Virus record (IMG/VR): IMGVR_UViG_3300029705_003235
Source: an uncultured virus (IMG/VR IMGVR_UViG_3300029705_003235)
Lineage: Duplodnaviria > Heunggongvirae > Uroviricota > Caudoviricetes
Direction: 5' to 3' (one strand)
Length of the DNA: 20,000 nucleotides
Both the position numbers and the translations under genes were made by a program. Of the stretch, positions 14,627-20,000 are shown piece after piece. Every line of letters begins with the position of its first letter. The first letter of the stretch is position 1. A model generated the notes under the pieces. That model had not been told where the DNA came from. It saw only the letters and a list, made by a program, of their open reading frames with translations, and made no database searches.

Positions 14627-17196
14627 TCGGTTTCACCCTCTCCATTTGCGGGTGCCGGGAACTGATTATGGATTTCATCGCAGAAGATGAACACACCCTT
14701 TGTGTCAAATTCATCACGGATGCTCGAATATCGAGTAGTGTCGGAACAACCGCTGAAGAGTGTATGCTTTTTCTGCTTTGCTGCATCTTCAAACAAATAC
14801 ATTATTACTTTACTCTTGAATGCATCTATGAATTTATCCGCATCTATTTCACCCTCAAGAGGGATAACTTTTGTTGATAGGAAGTAAGGCCCCATAAGTT
14901 TATCTTCGTTAATTTTGAAATCCTTTGAAGAAAGGACACCGTTTATAGCTTTGCGGAGCTTGTTCCATTCAACAACTCTTTTATAATCTCCCTTACCGAG
15001 AGTTACCGCTTTTCTTGCGATGTTCTCATCACCGTTATCAATGCCGAGATAAGTAAAGTCCCATCTACGCTTGAAAGCTGTATCCATTGGGAACACTCCC
15101 TGATCCGCACTGTTCATTGTTGCCCATATAAACATATTGCTTGGAATTCTTAACTCTGCATAGCTTTCAGGATTTCCACCGAGAACCTCTGCAAGATGGT
15201 TTTTTAAATCTTCCGATGCCTGAATGCTGTAATCACTTATATTCTTTCCATTTCTGTCGAGCAATTGAAAAACATCTCCGAATACAGCTGCAACATTTGC
15301 ACGATTAATTTCTTCAATGACAAGGACGAAAGGTCTTGGAGTAGCATCAGGATTGTTTGCATTCTCAAGAGCTTTCTTGAAAACACGCATAAATGGTCCG
15401 GGGACATATTTATAAGTTATACCTTCAGCTGATGGAACAGGTTTATAAGTTCCCACAAAATTTGCATATGAATAATCAGGGTGGAATGTTACCCTCTCGT
15501 ATTCACCATCCATAGATTTTATAAGTTCGTCAGTTTCCTTATCAAGCGTATGGCTTTTACCAGTTCCGGGAGCACCGAAAAGTATCCTGTTTCTTGGCAA
15601 ATCACAATCTAACTTTGATTCAAAGGTCATTATTCTCACACCTTCCATTTCTTTTACTTCTCCCAAATCGTCAATTATATCCTTTGTATATGTACCTTTC
15701 AACAACTCCACTACGGACGATTTGTAATCATTTAATCCCCAAATGGACATAGCAGTCATCAATGAACGGTGAAACGCTGTGGAAAGGCTACTCCGAGCTA
15801 TATTCTTTTTCAACCATGTAACCTTTCTTCTGTTAGCATAATCAGGGTCTTCGTTGGGGTTCTCCGTATCATCAAAGTAGTAGTCGGATTCAATTCGACC
15901 TATATGGCATACACCTTCATCCGCAAAAATTATATAATCACCGATTTGAACATCGTTGATAAATCTCCAAACTTGACCGATATCCTGACCTCTTCCACGG
16001 GGTTCTTTTTGGATGTACTCATCATATCTCAAACCGAGCATTTCTTTGGAATCAATATCTTTCAAATCACCGAGGCAAGACCACCCTATGCAAACATGAG
16101 GGTCTACTTCTGATAGTGCATCGTTAAGTTCTTTTATATGTATACCATACAGGTTATGTTTTAATACGTCTTCAAAATTCGTTTCTTCGGTAACCTCTGT
16201 CAAATCAATCTCCGTTTGGATAAGAGCTGCTCCAAGAGCCTTATGTGAAGAGTTTTCCGAATCAAAAAGGGAATACCCCACAAGCCGTTCCAAACCACTG
16301 AAATCCATATAATAACCGAAATGTGAATGATTGATTCCATAGCTTTCTATAATAGAATCTATATCAGAAATTTTTGCAATATATTTATTTATAATTTCAG
16401 TTCCAATTTTATCAAATAAATATGCTGATAACGCAAGACCCTCGTCTTCATACAATGAGTAATTCTGTTTAAGTGAAGATAATTGTGGTTTTGGAATATT
16501 GCCGAATACTCCAGAGCTTATTTTCCCGTGAATCACGGAAAACGAAGCATTATACGCTTCAAGCATCCAGTTAGCCAAATTGCTATTTAAAAGGGAGATA
16601 CTTCTATCTTCATTCCTTTTAAACAGACGTGCTTGTGTTAGCATTTTTACCCAAACATCATAGCCTATAGCTCTCTCATTGACGGGGGGAGTTTCAGAAT
16701 TTCGAGCTTCTATTTGAGATTTTACAAATTCATCATTGACATCCTCAATCGAATTGCAATCTACAAGACAAGAAAAGTCGTAAGGAGTAATGTATGCAGC
16801 ATCTGCAGAAAGAGATTCTGCAGACTTTATAAACTTAATTAACAATTGTAAAGGGAAATATTCTGTTTCATCATCTTTGTAAGTATAATTAGCAACATAC
16901 CATAAAGATATTTCTTGAATGCTGATTTTATCATCAGCAAACGCTCTGCCCATTTCTGTTAAATTACCGGAATCATCCATACACCCATAAGCCTTAAAAT
17001 ATGTAAATAATGCTCTACGTATTCTACCACGAGCTGAATCAAAATCCCGGTAAATATTTGCTTCTGCTAATTTGCGTTCCGCAAGCTCTATTACTTCAGG
17101 TTCGCTATCTAAATTAATAGCATTGTCCGCTAATATTTTTAATGCTGAACGAGTGATTTCGCTCATATACTTATGCGTATCCATTGACCATTTCAT
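14623..17196 (-). CDS. McrB-like AAA+ GTPase restriction subunit with extended N-terminal DNA-recognition region
   Basis: Walker A GAPGTGKS, VTFHPDYSYANFVG, Walker B VIEEINRAN, McrB signature TMNSAD, DTAFKRRW; about 530 aa precede the motor domain. Confidence 0.9.
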   Translation of the reverse strand: MKWSMDTHKYMSEITRSALKILADNAINLDSEPEVIELAERKLAEANIYRDFDSARGRIRRALFTYFKAYGCMDDSGNLTEMGRAFADDKISIQEISLWYVANYTYKDDETEYFPLQLLIKFIKSAESLSADAAYITPYDFSCLVDCNSIEDVNDEFVKSQIEARNSETPPVNERAIGYDVWVKMLTQARLFKRNEDRSISLLNSNLANWMLEAYNASFSVIHGKISSGVFGNIPKPQLSSLKQNYSLYEDEGLALSAYLFDKIGTEIINKYIAKISDIDSIIESYGINHSHFGYYMDFSGLERLVGYSLFDSENSSHKALGAALIQTEIDLTEVTEETNFEDVLKHNLYGIHIKELNDALSEVDPHVCIGWSCLGDLKDIDSKEMLGLRYDEYIQKEPRGRGQDIGQVWRFINDVQIGDYIIFADEGVCHIGRIESDYYFDDTENPNEDPDYANRRKVTWLKKNIARSSLSTAFHRSLMTAMSIWGLNDYKSSVVELLKGTYTKDIIDDLGEVKEMEGVRIMTFESKLDCDLPRNRILFGAPGTGKSHTLDKETDELIKSMDGEYERVTFHPDYSYANFVGTYKPVPSAEGITYKYVPGPFMRVFKKALENANNPDATPRPFVLVIEEINRANVAAVFGDVFQLLDRNGKNISDYSIQASEDLKNHLAEVLGGNPESYAELRIPSNMFIWATMNSADQGVFPMDTAFKRRWDFTYLGIDNGDENIARKAVTLGKGDYKRVVEWNKLRKAINGVLSSKDFKINEDKLMGPYFLSTKVIPLEGEIDADKFIDAFKSKVIMYLFEDAAKQKKHTLFSGCSDTTRYSSIRDEFDTKGVFIFCDEIHNQFPAPANGEGETE

Positions 17197-17209
17197 TAAT
17201 AATCCCTCC

Positions 17210-18304
17210 TTACATACATTTCAAAACTTCTTTAATTAATCCCATTAAAACATCTACCACAACCGAGTTTCCTGCTTGTCTGTACATTTGAGTATCAGAA
17301 ACCACCATTTTAAAGTCATCAGTAAATCCCATCAAACGTAAACACTCTCGAGGTGCTAATCTGCGGATTCGACCGTTTGTTGTAACATAATTGTCTTCAC
17401 CTGCTCTGTGCATTTTATGCATGGTACTCATTAATGGTCGTGCGATTTGCAAATCAATCTCTGGCTTCATTGAGAATCCACCAGTACCCTCGCACATAAT
17501 ACCGGGAAGGATTTTTTCTGATAAGAAATAGCGTTCAGGAACTTCACCTTTTTCGTGTATGATATTGAAGCCATCTTCATTTGAGGTAAAATTTCCGTCT
17601 GGCGTGTTTTCAAGTAACAAATCTTGTAGAGTCAACTTTAATTCTTTTTCTTGGGGGAAAGAAAAGTTATCTCCACCGTTTTTGAAACCTACAACAAAAA
17701 TTCTTCTTCTCTTTTGAGGTATTCCAAAGTTGACGGCATCTAAAACTCTACTATACAGAGTGTACCCCAGCGAAGCAAAGACACGCTGAACAACCTCCCA
17801 AGTTCTTCCTTGGTCATGTTTAATCAATCCTTGAACATTTTCGTATATAAATGCTTTGGGTTGAATCTCGTTAACAAGTCGTGCAAATTCATAAAACAGG
17901 GTACCTCGTGCTTCTTCGAGACCTTTTTGGTATCCGAGCAATGTGAAACTTTGGCAGGGGCTGCCTCCTACAAATAAATCGACTTTATTTTTATAATGTT
18001 CTCCTTCAAGAAAGCGAACATTGAAATGAAAATCCTCTGGAGCTATTTCATAATTTGCACAAAAAGATTCCTTTACAAAATTTTTCTTCTTAGCAGGAAT
18101 TTTTGATGCAATAAACGCTTGTCTTTCTTCGTAGGTACTAATATTCTTAAGTGTTTTTGCTATTTCTTCTTCGGAAATTGTAAAATCAATTTCTCCATTA
18201 TCACAAGCAAAAACGATTTCATGCTCAATTCCTAATCGTTTTAATGCAAATTCAGGTGCACCAATTCCACTAAAAACTGTAGCAACTTTTAATTTATTAC
18301 TCAT
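17210..18304 (-). CDS. DNA (cytosine-5)-methyltransferase, second of pair
   Basis: Motifs FSGIGA, GGSPCQSF, YENV, PQKRRRIF, RECLRLMGF, QAGNSV; start ATG 18304 after GGAGG. Confidence 0.95.
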   Translation of the reverse strand: MSNKLKVATVFSGIGAPEFALKRLGIEHEIVFACDNGEIDFTISEEEIAKTLKNISTYEERQAFIASKIPAKKKNFVKESFCANYEIAPEDFHFNVRFLEGEHYKNKVDLFVGGSPCQSFTLLGYQKGLEEARGTLFYEFARLVNEIQPKAFIYENVQGLIKHDQGRTWEVVQRVFASLGYTLYSRVLDAVNFGIPQKRRRIFVVGFKNGGDNFSFPQEKELKLTLQDLLLENTPDGNFTSNEDGFNIIHEKGEVPERYFLSEKILPGIMCEGTGGFSMKPEIDLQIARPLMSTMHKMHRAGEDNYVTTNGRIRRLAPRECLRLMGFTDDFKMVVSDTQMYRQAGNSVVVDVLMGLIKEVLKCM

Positions 18305-19400
18305 CACAATCCTCCACAAATATGCCAGTCTTTAATATGCTATTTAATACTTCGGTGAGAACATTAACCGCTATAGAATTTCCTACCTGTCTGTACATAT
18401 GCTGATCAGGTACAACAATTTTGAAATCATCAGAAAATCCCATTAGTCGTAGACATTCTCGTGGAGTTAAACATCTTGCAACTCCTCGAGTGCCATTATA
18501 GAAACCTTTATAAACTCTTTCATCCTCTTCCAATCTTTGTGGAATAAAGGTTTCAAATCTCATATCACCGAACCAGTTATATTGCTGACAAGCAACTTGG
18601 CAGCGAGCAATTTTCCCATTTAAAGCTACGTGTTTTATTTGATTTGGGTCAATTACTCTCTTAAATCCCTTTTCTGGAAGATAATATTTATTGTCAACAT
18701 CGCTTTCTAAATAATCAGAAAGTTCAGTGTCGAGTTTTACTGTTTGTGGTTCAATAAGTTTGTTAAAACAATCCTCAAAGTCTTTGCGGAATCCCACAAC
18801 AAAAATTCTTCTTCGATTCTGGGCAAGCCCAAAATCCTTTGCATTCAAAACCCAATACTTCCACTTGTAGCCTAAAGAATCAAAGATTTCAGAAATTACT
18901 TCCCATGTTCTTCCACCATCATGATTTAACATTCCATATACATTTTCATATATAAAAACTTTAGGTTTTATTTCGCTTACTAATCGAGCATACTCATAAA
19001 AAAGTGTTCCTCGTGCTTCATCTAAACCTTTTCTTTTGCCCATAATTGAAAAACTCTGACAAGGACTTCCTCCAACAAACAAATCAACTACTCCGGCATA
19101 TTTATTTCCGTCAAGTAGTTTGGCATCTTGATAGAAATTTTCAGCATCGATATCGAAATTTGCCTTGTATGTTTGTTCAACTAAGTTAATTCCCGATTCT
19201 TTAATGTAAAGATTAGTTATATATCTATTTTTTTCTTCATCGGACATTTCCGTTGTTGCATATTCAATCTCTTCGTATGAGGATTTAAGTCTTCTTTCAC
19301 CATTATCACAAGCGAAAACTATTTTATGGTTGATTCTATTTTTAATCATTGAGTGTTCAATTGCACCAATTCCGCTGAACACTGTTGCTAATTGTATCAT
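18297..19400 (-). CDS. DNA (cytosine-5)-methyltransferase, first of pair
   Basis: Motifs FSGIGA, GGSPCQSF, YENV, QNRRRIF, RECLRLMGF, QVGNSI; start ATG 19400 after GGAGG. Confidence 0.95.
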   Translation of the reverse strand: MIQLATVFSGIGAIEHSMIKNRINHKIVFACDNGERRLKSSYEEIEYATTEMSDEEKNRYITNLYIKESGINLVEQTYKANFDIDAENFYQDAKLLDGNKYAGVVDLFVGGSPCQSFSIMGKRKGLDEARGTLFYEYARLVSEIKPKVFIYENVYGMLNHDGGRTWEVISEIFDSLGYKWKYWVLNAKDFGLAQNRRRIFVVGFRKDFEDCFNKLIEPQTVKLDTELSDYLESDVDNKYYLPEKGFKRVIDPNQIKHVALNGKIARCQVACQQYNWFGDMRFETFIPQRLEEDERVYKGFYNGTRGVARCLTPRECLRLMGFSDDFKIVVPDQHMYRQVGNSIAVNVLTEVLNSILKTGIFVEDCDE

Positions 19401-19420
19401 TTTGTTTCCTCCAGCTTGCA

Positions 19421-19612
19421 TTAATCAATGGCACTTTTTCCGCTTTTGACCCATTCGTCCAACTCTGAATATTTAAACTTCCACAGTTTTCCTATTTTAT
19501 GTGCGGGAATATCTGTTTTCTTTATCCAGTTTCGGATAGAGTCCTTTGTAACTCCAAGATGTTTCGCTGCTTCTTCGATTCCTATCCAATTTTCAGCAAA
19601 GTATTCACTCAT
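19421..19612 (-). CDS. Small excisionase-like (HTH_17) DNA-binding protein, probable regulator of the R-M operon
   Basis: WIGIEEAAKHLGVTKDSIRNWIK...IPAHKIGKLWKFKYSELDEWV; GAGGTG SD before ATG 19612. Confidence 0.85.
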   Translation of the reverse strand: MSEYFAENWIGIEEAAKHLGVTKDSIRNWIKKTDIPAHKIGKLWKFKYSELDEWVKSGKSAID

Positions 19613-19649
19613 TTCTTGCACCTCGATTTAAATATAAATAGACAATTAT

Positions 19650-19678
19650 ATTATAACACATACCATTTAGATTTTCAA
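19650..19678 (-). promoter_or_regulatory. Sigma-A promoter of the R-M operon
   Basis: Minus strand TTGAAA (19678-19673), 17 nt, TG-extended TATAAT (19655-19650). Confidence 0.7.
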
Positions 19679-19756
19679 GTATTTGATATGATTTTGTGGT
19701 AATTTGTTGTATTATATTTAATTTACAAATAATATTATATTAAATGTAGTGTACAT

Positions 19757-19816
19757 AAAAAAGGACACTTGGCTGAATTCAGTAGACCTTCAGTAGAAGA
19801 ATTCAAGCAAAGTGTC
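19757..19816 (-). terminator. Imperfect long hairpin followed by a U-tract on the minus strand (terminator-like)
   Basis: GACACTTGGCTGAATTC (19764-19780) / GAATTCAAGCAAAGTGTC (19799-19816), with A6 at 19757-19762. Confidence 0.5.
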
Positions 19817-19850
19817 AACTATAGAGTAATTAAATTTTATGGATTGCATA

Positions 19851-19960
19851 TTTTATGTAAAGCTTTACATAAAAATTGTATTGGAAAGTAATAGATTATG
19901 TAAAGTTTACCTCATATTCATAGGCATTTAGCTGAAATAGTTGTAGTTTTCTTTACATAA
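19851..19960. repeat. 24-bp perfect palindrome plus two more copies of its 10-bp half-site
   Basis: TTTTATGTAAAGCTTTACATAAAA (19851-19874); TTATGTAAAG at 19896-19905; CTTTACATAA at 19951-19960. Confidence 0.85.
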
Positions 19961-20000
19961 TATTTTCGTTCAGTTAAACTTAGAGTATATCAATTCTAAG

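Noticed and set aside
13994..16113. Plus-strand ORFs 13994-14554, 14569-14877, 14687-14887 and 15769-16113
   Set aside because: Antisense shadows of the restriction genes with no independent support.
19421..19612. HTH_17 protein as a true excisionase marking an att site
   Set aside because: No integrase is adjacent in the window and it is the first gene of the R-M operon, so a regulatory role is more likely.
1..20000. tRNA, rRNA, IS elements, reverse transcriptase/DGR or introns
   Set aside because: No cloverleaf, transposase, RT motif or interrupted reading frame was recognised.

Overview
AT-rich, Firmicutes/Clostridia-like window that looks like the interior of a prophage or phage-like integrated element; no integrase, att site or virion gene lies inside it. 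Bases 1-7050 (minus strand) are a phage early/replication operon: small leader ORF, structured leader RNA, sigma-70 region-4-like factor, two small ORFs, DUF2800 Cas4-like nuclease, DUF2815 SSB-like protein, family-A DNA polymerase, DUF4406/NDT-like protein and a VirE-type primase-helicase running off the left edge. An XRE regulator (7177-7806) is divergent from this operon. Bases 7887-13118 hold a DNA polymerase IV (dinB) gene plus an unannotated Com-like zinc ribbon. These diverge from an ImmR-like XRE / ImmA-IrrE peptidase operon that continues into small ORFs and a SAP-motif protein, with a symmetric face-to-face promoter pair and a GAAGTT repeat array between them. Bases 13160-19612 (minus) are a complete LlaJI-like restriction-modification operon: HTH regulator, two m5C methyltransferases, a McrB-like GTPase with two N-terminal domains, and a McrC/LlaJI-like nuclease. 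By manual scan the LlaJI site GACGC/GCGTC is absent from the whole window. Family assignments come from motif recognition, not database searches.
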